Shown here piece after piece: positions 29,006-40,217 of a stretch of 64,000 nucleotides of DNA; position 1 is the stretch's first letter; each line of letters starts with the position of its first letter. Location of the stretch: the IMG/VR virus record IMGVR_UViG_3300044568_004364, one strand, 5' to 3'. The notes under the pieces are model-generated. The model saw nothing but the letters and a program-made list of their open reading frames with translations, had not been told where the DNA came from and ran no database searches. The DNA comes from a virus. Position numbers and translations under genes: made by a program.

Positions 29006-29641
29006 TTAACCAATTTTGGTAAATTGCACATATGATAAAGCAGCTTTTAATAATGCAGGATTGCTTGCATCATTACCGCCATCTTGTTTCACTGTGAATT
29101 TTAGTAATACTGTAGTGGGAGCGGTAACGGCATCTATATTTAGCTGTCCATTAAATGCAGATGATATGGTACAACCAGTTGCGGTAAAGGTCTTTGTATG
29201 TTCTCCTAATGTCTGTGCGTTAAGCGTAACGATAGTTAATGGAGATGCTGCAGTTAAAGAAGTTGCATTAGTTGTATTTGCAGCATTATTTATTTTATGC
29301 TCAATACCAATTGGCGCAACGTCACATAATAAGCCACATGAAATTCCACGCGTTGTGCTGGCGGTAGTGCCGTAAATTATACCATTATACTCGTATATCC
29401 CAGGAGGTAATGTAACCGATTCGGTTGAAAGCACTGCTGTAGTACTAGTTGCACTCAAGTCTGCCGCGAGCCTTAATGTGTATACTGCCTCAAATCGTCT
29501 AACATTACCTGCGCTATCTTTAAAATATAATGCGCCATCAGCGTTGTTGAGCGCAACCTCACCAGTGTCTAAAAAACTAGGGATTGGAACTGCATTAGTA
29601 ACAGTGCTATTCTTTAAAATTATCTTTGAATAATTTGACAT
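29006..29641 (-). CDS. Virion/fibre accessory protein
   Basis: N-terminal IILKNS...GEVALN..DG.LYFKD motif typical of fibre N-termini. Confidence 0.55.
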   Translation of the reverse strand: MSNYSKIILKNSTVTNAVPIPSFLDTGEVALNNADGALYFKDSAGNVRRFEAVYTLRLAADLSATSTTAVLSTESVTLPPGIYEYNGIIYGTTASTTRGISCGLLCDVAPIGIEHKINNAANTTNATSLTAASPLTIVTLNAQTLGEHTKTFTATGCTISSAFNGQLNIDAVTAPTTVLLKFTVKQDGGNDASNPALLKAALSYVQFTKIG

Positions 29642-29649
29642 ATATACTG

Positions 29650-29880
29650 TTATTTATTATCTTTCTTCGCTAATAATTGCACAACTTCATCACGCCAAGC
29701 AATGAGGCTATCCACTTGATTTTGTAACTCTACGATTGTACGCTCTTGTGCCTTTATATGTTTCTTACGTCGTACTGCTGCATTATATGCACTGCGGTCA
29801 GCGTTTAGTATTGCACTAGAATACGTGTCACGTTCCAATGTTGGATCGTCTTGTACTTTAATTTTCTTTTTGGCTGCCAT
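29650..29880 (-). CDS. Small coiled-coil virion-associated protein
   Basis: Probable start MAAKKKIKV; LERDTYSSAILN motif; follows the large structural gene. Confidence 0.65.
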   Translation of the reverse strand: MAAKKKIKVQDDPTLERDTYSSAILNADRSAYNAAVRRKKHIKAQERTIVELQNQVDSLIAWRDEVVQLLAKKDNK

Positions 29881-29884
29881 ATTA

Positions 29885-32800
29885 TTATACTGTTGCAATT
29901 GCTCGGAAGTCACGAATTGTTGGTACATCAAAGATGTTGGCCGATAACAATACAACTTTAATTTGGAATGATACAAAGTCATCATTTGGATCTGCAATAA
30001 ATTCAGATTCGCTATATGTTTCAGTGTCAGAATTTATTGCAATTGGATTTGTTGGATTTATTTCAACCCATGGGACGCTGTCAAATTGTGTTGATGTATC
30101 ATAACCAAACTTAGCATAAACTCTAATGTTTGTATCTGCTGTAGGTCGATTGCATCCAATGTAAATGTTAATACGATCTGCAGGATCATTAAGGTCAACG
30201 CGACGTGTAATGTAACGCGCGACAGAAGCACCATTATTTGCTAGTGTTTCATTTGAGACACTGTTGTTTATCAAATTAGTCACTGCTAATAATGATCCAC
30301 CATCCATGTCAATCACTGGACTTACTGCAGTGTTGAGCGTTGCCAATGTTGCAGTTACAATTGCTGTTTTTGCTGGCTCCGTAGACGGTGCAGTTTGAGC
30401 AGCTAAGATGTGTGCACCACTTGCTCCATAACTACTTGGCAGGTAAACATTAATATCAGGTTCAACTGCAATTCCTCCTGCACTATTAAAGTTAACCGTA
30501 TAATTTAATGTGCTACTTGCAAATGCGATGCTAGGTTGACTTATGTTAAACAGCGAAACTGGAACATTTGCAAGCGATGCGGTTGCAGTTGCAGCTGTTG
30601 GCGTGTCGCCTCCAGTTGCGGTAAATGATATTGTAGGTGTGCCTGTATAACCACTTCCACGGCGTGTAACTCTAACTCCAGAAATTGCACCTGTAAATGG
30701 ATTTAATATTGCCACTGCGGTTGTTGTTATAGTTGGCGTGTTGCCGCCTATTGGAGTTATAACTACAGTTGGCACAGAGGTATAACCGCTGCCACCACTT
30801 GTAATGTTTATTCTTTCAACTCCAGTATGCAACTCGGTTTTAAATCCAACAGCGCCAGATGCAGATTCAAAGATCGCACGATGTATACTGAATTTTAAAT
30901 CTTGTTCTTGTTGAGGTGTCCATGTAAAGGCATTTGCACTTGTAAAGAATGTACCTAGGTACTCTTGCTGCTCAATACGCTTGTTAGTTAGAACATCAAC
31001 TTCTCCAAGTGTTGCATACCAGCAGCGATAGTCGCTATCATTGGATGATACAACCAATGCATATTCTTCATCTGGTTTTAAGTATACTGGATCGGAGAAA
31101 GTAAACTTAGTTAAGGCACTGCTGTTTGCACTTACCGCCACATCAGCTGATGGTTTAGATACGCGTGAGTATGGAACAATTGTACGTGTAGGAGCGCCAT
31201 TTTCCATAGTGACAACATATACTTCAACATCTGCATTTTCTGCTTTACGTTGGAAGTAAAGGTCAACTGAGGTAATGAATACACCTTCAGGATATTCTTC
31301 TGAGTTAATTAAAAAGCTTTGCGCAATAGGATCTTTATATCTAGTGCGAACATTGGTAACACTATTTACGGTGCGCTCAGATGTTGGCGTAACATTAAAT
31401 TGCGGAGTCTTTGTTGAAAGAATTGTCTCTTGCACTGTTTCAAGAATTCCAGTTGCGCTATATTTACTAAATGCAAATGAAGTTTCACTGCCCCCGTTTG
31501 CAATATCGTCAGTCAGCTTAAAGATGCGTTCGCCTGTACTAAAACGTAGTGTATCATTATTTGGAATAATGAATGAGCCGTATATTTGTCCCGTTGCATC
31601 TGTTTTTAACTCTGCACCATACGAGCCGTATTCACCGCCTGCACTTGGCAATGTTGAAGGTATGAGACCGTCAAATCGCTGTGTGATGTTGTTACTTGGT
31701 GTTGTAGGCGGAACAAATGTGGTAGGCCCATTAATCATTTTATTCGTATACAACGAAATGTCGCGATCATCAAAGAAAGGATATACAACTGTATTTGATT
31801 TAAGTCCAGTTGCATGAAATAGAACGCGGCGTGAGCGTATAAATGGAATGATTGATGTACCTACAACAGTTTCGCCAAGACTCTTTGCTATATTTGTAGA
31901 GCTTAATGTTGTGAGTGTCCCAGTCCGAGAACTAGCAACGGTTGTTGTTACAGCAGTATCAATGCGAACGCGGCCTTTAACTTTTTTGCGTGTCACGTTT
32001 GTTGATACGCCTCTCCATTCAACTTGCCAGTTATTCCAGTCCGTACCTAAGATATCTAATGCAGGATCTTCAGCAATAAATTTAATTGCGTCAAACGAGC
32101 TGTCGTCTTGAACAATCAAGCTTGGGCGACTCACAGTATCTTTCCAGTGATCAACACTTGGATATAAGCTAATCGCGCCACTTACCTTTGCGTAAATATG
32201 CGGGTGCACACTAATGTGACCTGTTGCTTTTATGTGAGATACAAGGAGCGCTTCAGAATAATCTAATGTAACTAAGCTGTCGTGAACTCGTATCTTACTG
32301 CTATCTACAGTTTTAATTGTGCCTGTAGTAGTTATAGCGCTAGAAATAATTAAGTCAACATTGTGAGTATTATAACGCGGGCGCAGTGTATTTGTGATAC
32401 GATCAACGGCGCATGAGTATGAGGGGTTAAACACATCACCAATGCCATGACCAATAAAGTTATCAACAAGAATGCCATTCTTAAATCTTTCGCCAGCATC
32501 ATCAAAGATTGGCTTGTCTGCTGCTGAACGTTCTAGCAATGATAATGAAGTATAATATTCAACATTAGATACACGCTTGTCAATAGCACCAATATCTCGC
32601 ATTGTGTAACGGCGATTATCAATATAGTTAGGTACTATATCAGTTATGCTGCTTGTGTATGCAGGAATATCAAGAGAATATAGCGTCATGCTATTCTTTG
32701 GAGAAGACGGCTCGACTGGAGCCAATGCAGGTACACCTTGAAGTATTGAAAATCTACCTTGAGAATTTACAATGACTTTATCGACTCGTGGTAAGTATAC

Positions 32801-35536
32801 TGTTGCCGTTGCAGTTATTGCAGTGTTAGGATCTATGACAGATTTGCCTGTGTTGGCCACAATTGAACCTAGTATTCCATTGGTCACGGAATAAACAAGG
32901 TCTTGACGGAAGTCGAATGCATCAGCCAATTTAATTCCTGCATATGTCGGGATATCTTCATAGGGTATACCAACATATGAATCTGTTGTATATACTACTA
33001 AATCTTTACTTTCAAGTCCAGCAGGACGTGCATAATATTCATATGTTATAACAACATTGCTACTTGTTATTGCTGTAGCACCAGTGTAACGTATGCGTGC
33101 ATTTGTGTAATATGTATCACGTTGTCCATCATCAAATAATACAAATTGCGATGTAATATTTACACCAGCGCGCACTACACTTTTAATGCGAATAACATCA
33201 GGCTTATCTAAATATAACACTTCATCTGCAGTTATGTTATTTGTGCCTGCAGCTATTGTGTGCGATCCTTCTGTTATTGTTTTCGTCACAAGAGCAGACG
33301 TGTTAGCATCGGTAATTTGTACTGGTGCAATTACACTGTATGTTTGAGCGGCTGTCCAAGCTGCATTTGCAATTGTTATTGTAGCAGTGTTTGCTGAACT
33401 AACGCTATATGTAGTAGGAGTACCGTCAACAAGTACAATTAATGTGTCTGAACTTTGAAATGTTTTACCAGTTCCTGCATTTATTGTAATAGTGCAATTA
33501 GGCGCCGCGCCGCTAACTGTACCAGTATATAATTGCTGTGCATAGTATTTTATACTAGCTAGGTCTTTAACTGCATCATATGGCAATGGGAAAATATTAG
33601 TGTTATTACTTTGTTGTAATAGGTTAGCGCTTGTAACAGTATACCTAAAATTATTACCTGCAATTTGATCTATGTTGTCAAAGCGACGAGCACTCCAATC
33701 AGCCGTTGAAGTTGTAGTATTAAAAACTACATCATACACGAAGCAACGATATTCGGTTGAAGTTACCCCTGTTGATTCAAATGCTCTTATTTTACATGTA
33801 CCAGTAGCAAGTAAAAATGTAAGTGCTACACTAGTTAATACCGTTGTGTTACCAGTTGTAATGACGGTAAACGTGTTGGTTGCGACAGCGGAAACAGTAT
33901 ATAATGCAAGTGGTATTGTTGCGTCTGCACTACTTGTTATAAAAATAATATCACCATTTGATAACCCATGAGAGTTGGCAGTTACGGTTAATGTGGTTGA
34001 CCCTTCAGTTCTTGATGCAAGGATCGTTGTAACTGTTGGTGTTGCATATAAGTTATATGTGTTTGTTACAGTTGATAACGTTGGAACGGTTGAAGATGCA
34101 CCGTTTGCACGTTGGATATTTCCAATAAAGTAACTGCCAATGTTTGCACTAACAGCTGCTTCAAAATCTGCAGTAGTGCGTGCTTTTGGTGCATTTAGAT
34201 TAATGCTGCGGTCAAGCGATACACGGTAACCGTCTACATAAGCAACGCTTTCACCTAGAGTAATATTATAGCGTTCCTTTGCATCTAGGATTGCTGTCTT
34301 CTTAGCTGCGGTTGTAGCAATATTATAACCAGCTGCATTTAAATTATTTGCAGTGTAAGTGCCGTATGTATAATCAACTTCGCTAACTAGACCAGTGCCG
34401 ACCACAGTTGGTGCGGTTGTTGGTGTTAAAATTGCTGTGAATACCTGCCCCACACTTTGCGGCGAAGTTGCACCCAATGCAATCCATTGCGCCTCGGTAG
34501 TCCCAGTTAGACTTTGAATCTTATATGTAATACCGCTCACAATGCAATCCACAGGAAGTGAATCGCCATCATATAGCTCACGCGCTTGCAATGGAAACGG
34601 ATTTACAGTATAGTTACCAGATTCTTCGCTTGTGCGTTTTGCAAGCACGTCATTAATTTCAGAGTACTTACTTGTTTCAGAGATTTCCTCAGGGCGTGAA
34701 GCGTTTACATATAGCAACTTGACATATTCATTTGCAGTTGTAGCCGTGTAGCCTTCTGTTGTTAACCAAGCCAATGAAAGATCGATTTGATAACGATCTG
34801 CACCAGGTGCACTATAGTTGGGTGTGCCTGTTGCATTATCTAGGAGGCTGTCGTCATCAAAATATGAAACAACGTTTTCATCAATCTTTAATAGCGCATA
34901 ACCTGTTAGGAGTGTGCTTTCAGTGCTCTTAGGCACAAAAAGAGTCTGTTGCGGTGTTGCAACAAATGAACCTTTTGTAAAATATACTCCGCTCTCACAT
35001 ACCACAGCTGCCGCATAACCCAAGCTGCTTGCAATTGATGTTGCATTAGTTAATACTGTGGGAGCAACCGTAGAATCTTCATTGCGTAATGCGATTGAAA
35101 ATGTTTGCACCGTAGACGGATAACTTTTTGCGTTGCTATTTCCAGTGCTAGTATAGGTATAATAAAACTTATATGTACTACCAGTTACAAGTTCAGCGCC
35201 AAGTACTTCTCCATTCAAGTTAAGATAGCGCAGAGTCTTTGCATTTGATGCAATATATGCTGCGGTGTATGCCGATGTTATTGTAGCAAGGTTAAGCTGT
35301 ATGCTATATACATTAGGTAGGAATGAAGCCTTGCCGCCAATCACTGCAGTATCTTTTTTCCATACACTAGATCCTAAACGATTAATTTGATCTTGTAGCG
35401 CGCTCTGTAATTGATTGAGCTCTCGCACTTGTACACTATACCCAGGCTTAAAGAGTATGCGAAGATAATTTTTATCACTGTTGCCAGCAGCAACATAATC
35501 ATCATAATAGTTATTGTTATATGTAGTAATTGACAT
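29885..35536 (-). CDS. Large virion structural protein (DUF4815/VrlC-like)
   Basis: YYDDY..KNYLRILFKPGYSVQVRELNQLQ, APGADR, RRYTMRDIG, EYYTSLSLLE, RFKNGILVDNF, DPIAQSF. Confidence 0.88.
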   Translation of the reverse strand: MSITTYNNNYYDDYVAAGNSDKNYLRILFKPGYSVQVRELNQLQSALQDQINRLGSSVWKKDTAVIGGKASFLPNVYSIQLNLATITSAYTAAYIASNAKTLRYLNLNGEVLGAELVTGSTYKFYYTYTSTGNSNAKSYPSTVQTFSIALRNEDSTVAPTVLTNATSIASSLGYAAAVVCESGVYFTKGSFVATPQQTLFVPKSTESTLLTGYALLKIDENVVSYFDDDSLLDNATGTPNYSAPGADRYQIDLSLAWLTTEGYTATTANEYVKLLYVNASRPEEISETSKYSEINDVLAKRTSEESGNYTVNPFPLQARELYDGDSLPVDCIVSGITYKIQSLTGTTEAQWIALGATSPQSVGQVFTAILTPTTAPTVVGTGLVSEVDYTYGTYTANNLNAAGYNIATTAAKKTAILDAKERYNITLGESVAYVDGYRVSLDRSINLNAPKARTTADFEAAVSANIGSYFIGNIQRANGASSTVPTLSTVTNTYNLYATPTVTTILASRTEGSTTLTVTANSHGLSNGDIIFITSSADATIPLALYTVSAVATNTFTVITTGNTTVLTSVALTFLLATGTCKIRAFESTGVTSTEYRCFVYDVVFNTTTSTADWSARRFDNIDQIAGNNFRYTVTSANLLQQSNNTNIFPLPYDAVKDLASIKYYAQQLYTGTVSGAAPNCTITINAGTGKTFQSSDTLIVLVDGTPTTYSVSSANTATITIANAAWTAAQTYSVIAPVQITDANTSALVTKTITEGSHTIAAGTNNITADEVLYLDKPDVIRIKSVVRAGVNITSQFVLFDDGQRDTYYTNARIRYTGATAITSSNVVITYEYYARPAGLESKDLVVYTTDSYVGIPYEDIPTYAGIKLADAFDFRQDLVYSVTNGILGSIVANTGKSVIDPNTAITATATVYLPRVDKVIVNSQGRFSILQGVPALAPVEPSSPKNSMTLYSLDIPAYTSSITDIVPNYIDNRRYTMRDIGAIDKRVSNVEYYTSLSLLERSAADKPIFDDAGERFKNGILVDNFIGHGIGDVFNPSYSCAVDRITNTLRPRYNTHNVDLIISSAITTTGTIKTVDSSKIRVHDSLVTLDYSEALLVSHIKATGHISVHPHIYAKVSGAISLYPSVDHWKDTVSRPSLIVQDDSSFDAIKFIAEDPALDILGTDWNNWQVEWRGVSTNVTRKKVKGRVRIDTAVTTTVASSRTGTLTTLSSTNIAKSLGETVVGTSIIPFIRSRRVLFHATGLKSNTVVYPFFDDRDISLYTNKMINGPTTFVPPTTPSNNITQRFDGLIPSTLPSAGGEYGSYGAELKTDATGQIYGSFIIPNNDTLRFSTGERIFKLTDDIANGGSETSFAFSKYSATGILETVQETILSTKTPQFNVTPTSERTVNSVTNVRTRYKDPIAQSFLINSEEYPEGVFITSVDLYFQRKAENADVEVYVVTMENGAPTRTIVPYSRVSKPSADVAVSANSSALTKFTFSDPVYLKPDEEYALVVSSNDSDYRCWYATLGEVDVLTNKRIEQQEYLGTFFTSANAFTWTPQQEQDLKFSIHRAIFESASGAVGFKTELHTGVERINITSGGSGYTSVPTVVITPIGGNTPTITTTAVAILNPFTGAISGVRVTRRGSGYTGTPTISFTATGGDTPTAATATASLANVPVSLFNISQPSIAFASSTLNYTVNFNSAGGIAVEPDINVYLPSSYGASGAHILAAQTAPSTEPAKTAIVTATLATLNTAVSPVIDMDGGSLLAVTNLINNSVSNETLANNGASVARYITRRVDLNDPADRINIYIGCNRPTADTNIRVYAKFGYDTSTQFDSVPWVEINPTNPIAINSDTETYSESEFIADPNDDFVSFQIKVVLLSANIFDVPTIRDFRAIATV

Positions 35537-36882
35537 TAGAATTGAATGATAATCTTAATTTCTTCAGTTTGACCACTTTGGCGAGTAATAGGCAAGCGAT
35601 TTTCCGTGAAGACCACATCGCCGCTATTTGATATATATTCATTATCATTTACTGCTGTATATGAAACGCTATTTGCACCAGTCGTATATGTACTAGTTCC
35701 TGCAGGAACTATACCTGTTCCCGTAATACTATTTTGATGAAAGTAAACGCGATGTTGGCCGCCAACAACTGCATAGGTATCATAGAACGCGCGTGTGCTG
35801 TTTGTGAATGTTATAACTTCACCTGTGTTTGTAGAGTATGCAGGTGCGCCTGATAAAACAAGATAACGTAATGCCGCGAGTGTTGATGGATTGGCTGTAC
35901 CAGCTGTAATTTCAGGATTTTTAATAAGTGAAATTTGACGGAACGGTATGAATAATCCATCGCTTGAAATATTATCAACTGCATTGATTGATATTGCAGC
36001 ATAAAATGCAGGTAACGTGCGTGATGGGTTATATGCAAAGCCTTCAGCTGGTGCAATATTAGGACTGATCACTGCGCCTGTGCCACCAGTTAGGCCAATA
36101 AATACTCCGCCTAATATATTTTTAGCATTGCTACCTGTATAATCATAACCTGAAGGCAATGCCACACCTGTAATTACTCCACCTGTTGTAGTTACTACAA
36201 CATTTGATACCACAACTGGAGTGGCTGATCCACTCTGACGTGCATTAAATGTTACAGTCTGATTTGAATATCCAGAACCGCCGTTTAATATTGTAAAGCC
36301 ATATAGTAATCCACCGCCATCATTTAGAATTTGTGTTGAATTTGTGTTGTTTGGCGTAGAGCGTATGCTTATAAATTGATCGGTATTAAAATTTGTTACA
36401 TCAGTGTCAATTAATACCCAAATATAATTGTCAGCACCAGTTACTGCACGGTAGTCTAGTGCAGCTGTTGGCAATACGGTTGCTGCTGCGCCAGCATTAT
36501 TACTTAAACAAAGATATACGCGGCCACTTAATGTTGCATAACATGGATACACAGTATCAGCACCGATTGTAGGATAAAAGCAACTACTATCATTTGGTTT
36601 ATATGCTTTATATTTTCTGCCAGTTTCAAATATGATATTTGGAATTGCAATGTGTGTATTTCCTGTGGTAATCTGTATGCATGTAATAAGATTTGAAAGA
36701 ATATCTCGTTCTTCGCCATTAGTACCGTTTATAGATGGTACCACAGCAGGGATGCTTTCATCAGCTGCCCACTTATCAGATTTACCTATACCAAGATAAT
36801 ATTTATTAGCGGCATTGGCAATATCAGCTAGGAATGTTGCTGCATTATTACGGCGAAAGTGTTCTGTTACAATAGCGGACAT
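35536..36882 (-). CDS. gp8: Baseplate wedge subunit (gp8-like)
   Basis: MSAIVTEHFRRNNA..F, YYLGIG, VYLCLSNN, SGDVVFTENRLPITR..QTEEIKIIIQF; late promoter 36900-36907. Confidence 0.82.
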   Translation of the reverse strand: MSAIVTEHFRRNNAATFLADIANAANKYYLGIGKSDKWAADESIPAVVPSINGTNGEERDILSNLITCIQITTGNTHIAIPNIIFETGRKYKAYKPNDSSCFYPTIGADTVYPCYATLSGRVYLCLSNNAGAAATVLPTAALDYRAVTGADNYIWVLIDTDVTNFNTDQFISIRSTPNNTNSTQILNDGGGLLYGFTILNGGSGYSNQTVTFNARQSGSATPVVVSNVVVTTTGGVITGVALPSGYDYTGSNAKNILGGVFIGLTGGTGAVISPNIAPAEGFAYNPSRTLPAFYAAISINAVDNISSDGLFIPFRQISLIKNPEITAGTANPSTLAALRYLVLSGAPAYSTNTGEVITFTNSTRAFYDTYAVVGGQHRVYFHQNSITGTGIVPAGTSTYTTGANSVSYTAVNDNEYISNSGDVVFTENRLPITRQSGQTEEIKIIIQF

Positions 36883-36916
36883 ATTTGAATTATTTAATGT
36901 ATTTATATATAAAATC

Positions 36917-38305
36917 TTAACCAATAACTATAACGCTGCCAATACTAGGATTGGAGTCGGTGCCACTGACTAAGCTAGCACCAAGAAAGGCAAATTGTGT
37001 AGTCTTTGCGCGGCCGTTTACAACAATTTCATGCTCAGCCGCAGTTAATGCAGATGTTGTGCTAACATTTCCGCCGCCAGTAATTATGTAATTGGTATTT
37101 GGCATAGCAGTTAAAAAGTTCATAATATAATATCCAGTCGCAAGCGCCTTATTCGCGCTTGGTGGTGCAACAGATGGATCAGAAGTTATATAGCTTGGTA
37201 TAATTGAATGAACATTTCCAGCTGCACGTATAACAATACTCTTTACAATAACAGTCCCAGCTGATGATGTGCTAGCATGACTTATTACTGTAAACACCGT
37301 TGGGCTAACAACACTGGCAACCACATAATTACCATCAAACGGGGCAGTACCGCTAGTGACAGTAAAATCTAAAAATACAACCTGCCCCGCAAGATACCCG
37401 TGCGCTGTCACTGTACCTATTGAAACTGTTGTTGAACTGGTTCTGCTGTAAGATCCAACGAGTTCGTCTGTAGATGTTCCATTAAAATTTGCCCAAGCAC
37501 GAATGCCATACACTGGTGCGCTTCCTGTTTGCGCTCCACTTAATTTTTCAGCAGTGACGGCAGCGTTTGCAATCTTGCCTGTTGTCACACCGAGATTATT
37601 AATTTTATCTGTTGTGACTGCGCTGTTTGCAATCTTTGCAGTTGTTACTGCAGAATCAGCAAGTTTATCTTCAATTACTGCAGCGTTTGCAATCTTAATA
37701 CTTGTGATTGCACTATCACCTACTTTATCAACCGTCACGGCGCTAGCGCTGATATTATTGGCAGTGATTGCATTATCTGCTACTTTGGCGTTAGTGATTG
37801 CGCTGGCAGCAACCTTTGCTGTAGTCACTGCACTATCTGCAATTTTGCCAGTTGTCACATTAAGATCGGTAATTTTAATAGTTGTTACTGCATTAGATGC
37901 AAGCTTAGCTGCTGTTACCGCGCTATCGCTCAATGCGGTACTCAGGCTTATATTACCTGCACCGTTTATACCAGACACAACTCCAGCTACATCACCAGAT
38001 AATGTTAATGTGCGTGATGTTTGCCATGCAGCTGCCAATGTAGCAACACCAGTGAATGCAGGCGCAGTAACCGTGCCTGTAAATGTTGGACTAGCAATGT
38101 TAGCTTTAAGGTTTAATGCAGTTGTAATACCGCTTGGTATGGTAGTTACAAAACTAGCTAAGCCGTTTGCCAACTCTAAAGCTGTTATTTTTTTATTTGT
38201 TCCGCCACCTGACATGTCAGTATCACTAATGTCAATAAGTGGTACAATATCACCAGATAATATTGTTGCGGCTGTTAAGTCAGCAAAAGTTGTAATTTTT
38301 GGCAT
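36917..38305 (-). CDS. Fibre-like virion protein with 10-aa tandem repeats
   Basis: About 13 tandem DSAVTTAKIA-type repeats; RAWANFNG C-terminal domain. Confidence 0.7.
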   Translation of the reverse strand: MPKITTFADLTAATILSGDIVPLIDISDTDMSGGGTNKKITALELANGLASFVTTIPSGITTALNLKANIASPTFTGTVTAPAFTGVATLAAAWQTSRTLTLSGDVAGVVSGINGAGNISLSTALSDSAVTAAKLASNAVTTIKITDLNVTTGKIADSAVTTAKVAASAITNAKVADNAITANNISASAVTVDKVGDSAITSIKIANAAVIEDKLADSAVTTAKIANSAVTTDKINNLGVTTGKIANAAVTAEKLSGAQTGSAPVYGIRAWANFNGTSTDELVGSYSRTSSTTVSIGTVTAHGYLAGQVVFLDFTVTSGTAPFDGNYVVASVVSPTVFTVISHASTSSAGTVIVKSIVIRAAGNVHSIIPSYITSDPSVAPPSANKALATGYYIMNFLTAMPNTNYIITGGGNVSTTSALTAAEHEIVVNGRAKTTQFAFLGASLVSGTDSNPSIGSVIVIG

Positions 38306-38324
38306 GGTATTATAATTGTATTAT

Positions 38325-38492
38325 TTATGATGGCGCATTTGCTGCAAGCCAAAGTGTTTTGTAATTTGATCCATATGCTACAAGTAATGCTCGCAGCTCG
38401 ATTACGCTCATGCTATGCGGCACTACTTTGTAATTGGTAATGGTTTGTGAGACGGCGCAAAATGCTTGCTTGATGAGTTGTGCCATAGTCAT
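38325..38492 (-). CDS. Small hypothetical protein (55 aa)
   Basis: Manually translated MTMAQLIKQAFCAVSQ...WLAANAPS; fills the gap between two fibre-like genes. Confidence 0.4.
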   Translation of the reverse strand: MTMAQLIKQAFCAVSQTITNYKVVPHSMSVIELRALLVAYGSNYKTLWLAANAPS

Positions 38493-38510
38493 TGAGGTTG
38501 GTGGTTGATG

Positions 38511-40217
38511 TTAAGCCATGCGGCGGCGAACTTGGCCTTCTGGGATATAGTAGAGTTGTCCAATGGCTACGCCACCTGCTGCAGCCGCTGCATCGTTTAC
38601 ATAAGGGCCTACTGGAGCAAGTGCAAATCCCGCGCTACCGTTTGCCGCAATTGCAAGCGCAGTCGCTACGTTTGTGCCGAGTCCCGTCATGTCCGATGGA
38701 GCAACTCGCCCTTCTTGGTCGCCCACAATAGCAATGGTGCCACTAGCTCCACTGATAGGCTGGAGAGTTTGCAGATCAATCGTTAATGTTGGTTCATCGA
38801 TGCCGTTCGTGACATTCCATGACGCTGGATTGATGTTCCATGGTTTGTCGGTTGTGCTTGTAAAGTAAGCGTCATAATTATCGACACCGTCAAAAGTATG
38901 CACAACCCAATCAGTCCCATCATACTCCACCGACCCATTACCCCCAGCCCAACAACGCTTACCGTTAGTTAATGATGCTTGTTCAATTAGATCATCCGTA
39001 AATGCTGGTGTTGTGCCAGTGACTGTGATAACTGATGTTAAAGGTAGCACGTCGAGTGCCGTTCTCATTGCACTAGCTGCCTCTGCGCTGTAGGTGTAGG
39101 ACGTGGCGTTAAAAGTCGTCGCTGAGTTGAACGTTGGTGAGTTGATCGTTGGTGATGTGATCGTTGGTGATGTTGCAAAAACAAGTGAGCCTGTTCCTGT
39201 CTCATCGGTGACTGCTGCGCGTAGGTTGGCGCTGCTTGGAGTTGTTAAAAATGTCGCTACGTTTGCCGCTGGTGTCGTTGTTGCGAGCGTTGTCAGCCCC
39301 AGCGCCGTACGATGCGTTGCCGCCGCGCCTGCGCCATAAGCGAATCCAGACGGTGACAGAGTTAAAGTGCCACCGTTGATCGTGCTGCCGCCAGCTCCTC
39401 CTACCGTGACAGTTCCGGATCCACTTGCGGTCAGATTTGCCGCCGTTGTGACTGCGACGTTAAAGTTTGCCCCGCCTGTCTGACTGTAACCTCCTGAATG
39501 CGTAACAAGTCCCGAAAGAGTTAATCCTGCGATTGACGGCGTTGTCAACGATGGCGATGTGCCAAAAACCAATGCGCCTGTTCCAGCCACGCCTGTGACC
39601 GCTGCGGCAAGATTCGCGCTGCTTGGCGTGGCAAGAAATGTCGCTACGTTTGCTGCTGGTGTCGTTGTTGCGAGCGTTGTCAGCCCCAGCGCCGTGCGAT
39701 GCGCTGTCGCCGCGCCTGTGCCGTAAGTGTAGCTCGTCGCGTTGAAGGTAGCGGCAGTATCAATGTTGATGTTCGTAATCGCCGGGCCATAATCCATGAC
39801 CACGTTCCCTGTCCCTGTGTAATCCAACATCATGTTTTGGAAGCTCCCGGCACTGGGGGAAATTAAGAACGTAGCGACATTAGACCCGAGGTCTGTGATG
39901 TCCCCCGCTTCAATCGCCAGTCCGTATTTAAACGCTGCCGCCGCGCCTGTTCCGTAGGTATAAGTTGTGCTGTTTATTGTTGTAGTGCCAGCCAGTGTGG
40001 TGCCACTTAGTGTTGGATTATTTGATAAAACGATCGAACCAGTTCCGCTTTTGCCATATACATCAACAATGCTAGAAGCTAAGTTTCCAAACAAGATTCT
40101 TTTGTTTGAACCAGCACCACTCATTTCCTTATCACTAAAGTCAACAATTGGAATGTAATCATCTGCAACTGCGGGTTGTGTTAGTGTAGCTAATTGTGAA
40201 AAGCGTATATCTGACAT
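38511..40217 (-). CDS. Fibre-like virion protein with repeated modules
   Basis: Repeats of ATSYTYGTGAATAHRTALG..ANVATFL.TPSSANL (387-bp offset); late promoter 40231-40238. Confidence 0.65.
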   Translation of the reverse strand: MSDIRFSQLATLTQPAVADDYIPIVDFSDKEMSGAGSNKRILFGNLASSIVDVYGKSGTGSIVLSNNPTLSGTTLAGTTTINSTTYTYGTGAAAAFKYGLAIEAGDITDLGSNVATFLISPSAGSFQNMMLDYTGTGNVVMDYGPAITNINIDTAATFNATSYTYGTGAATAHRTALGLTTLATTTPAANVATFLATPSSANLAAAVTGVAGTGALVFGTSPSLTTPSIAGLTLSGLVTHSGGYSQTGGANFNVAVTTAANLTASGSGTVTVGGAGGSTINGGTLTLSPSGFAYGAGAAATHRTALGLTTLATTTPAANVATFLTTPSSANLRAAVTDETGTGSLVFATSPTITSPTINSPTFNSATTFNATSYTYSAEAASAMRTALDVLPLTSVITVTGTTPAFTDDLIEQASLTNGKRCWAGGNGSVEYDGTDWVVHTFDGVDNYDAYFTSTTDKPWNINPASWNVTNGIDEPTLTIDLQTLQPISGASGTIAIVGDQEGRVAPSDMTGLGTNVATALAIAANGSAGFALAPVGPYVNDAAAAAGGVAIGQLYYIPEGQVRRRMA

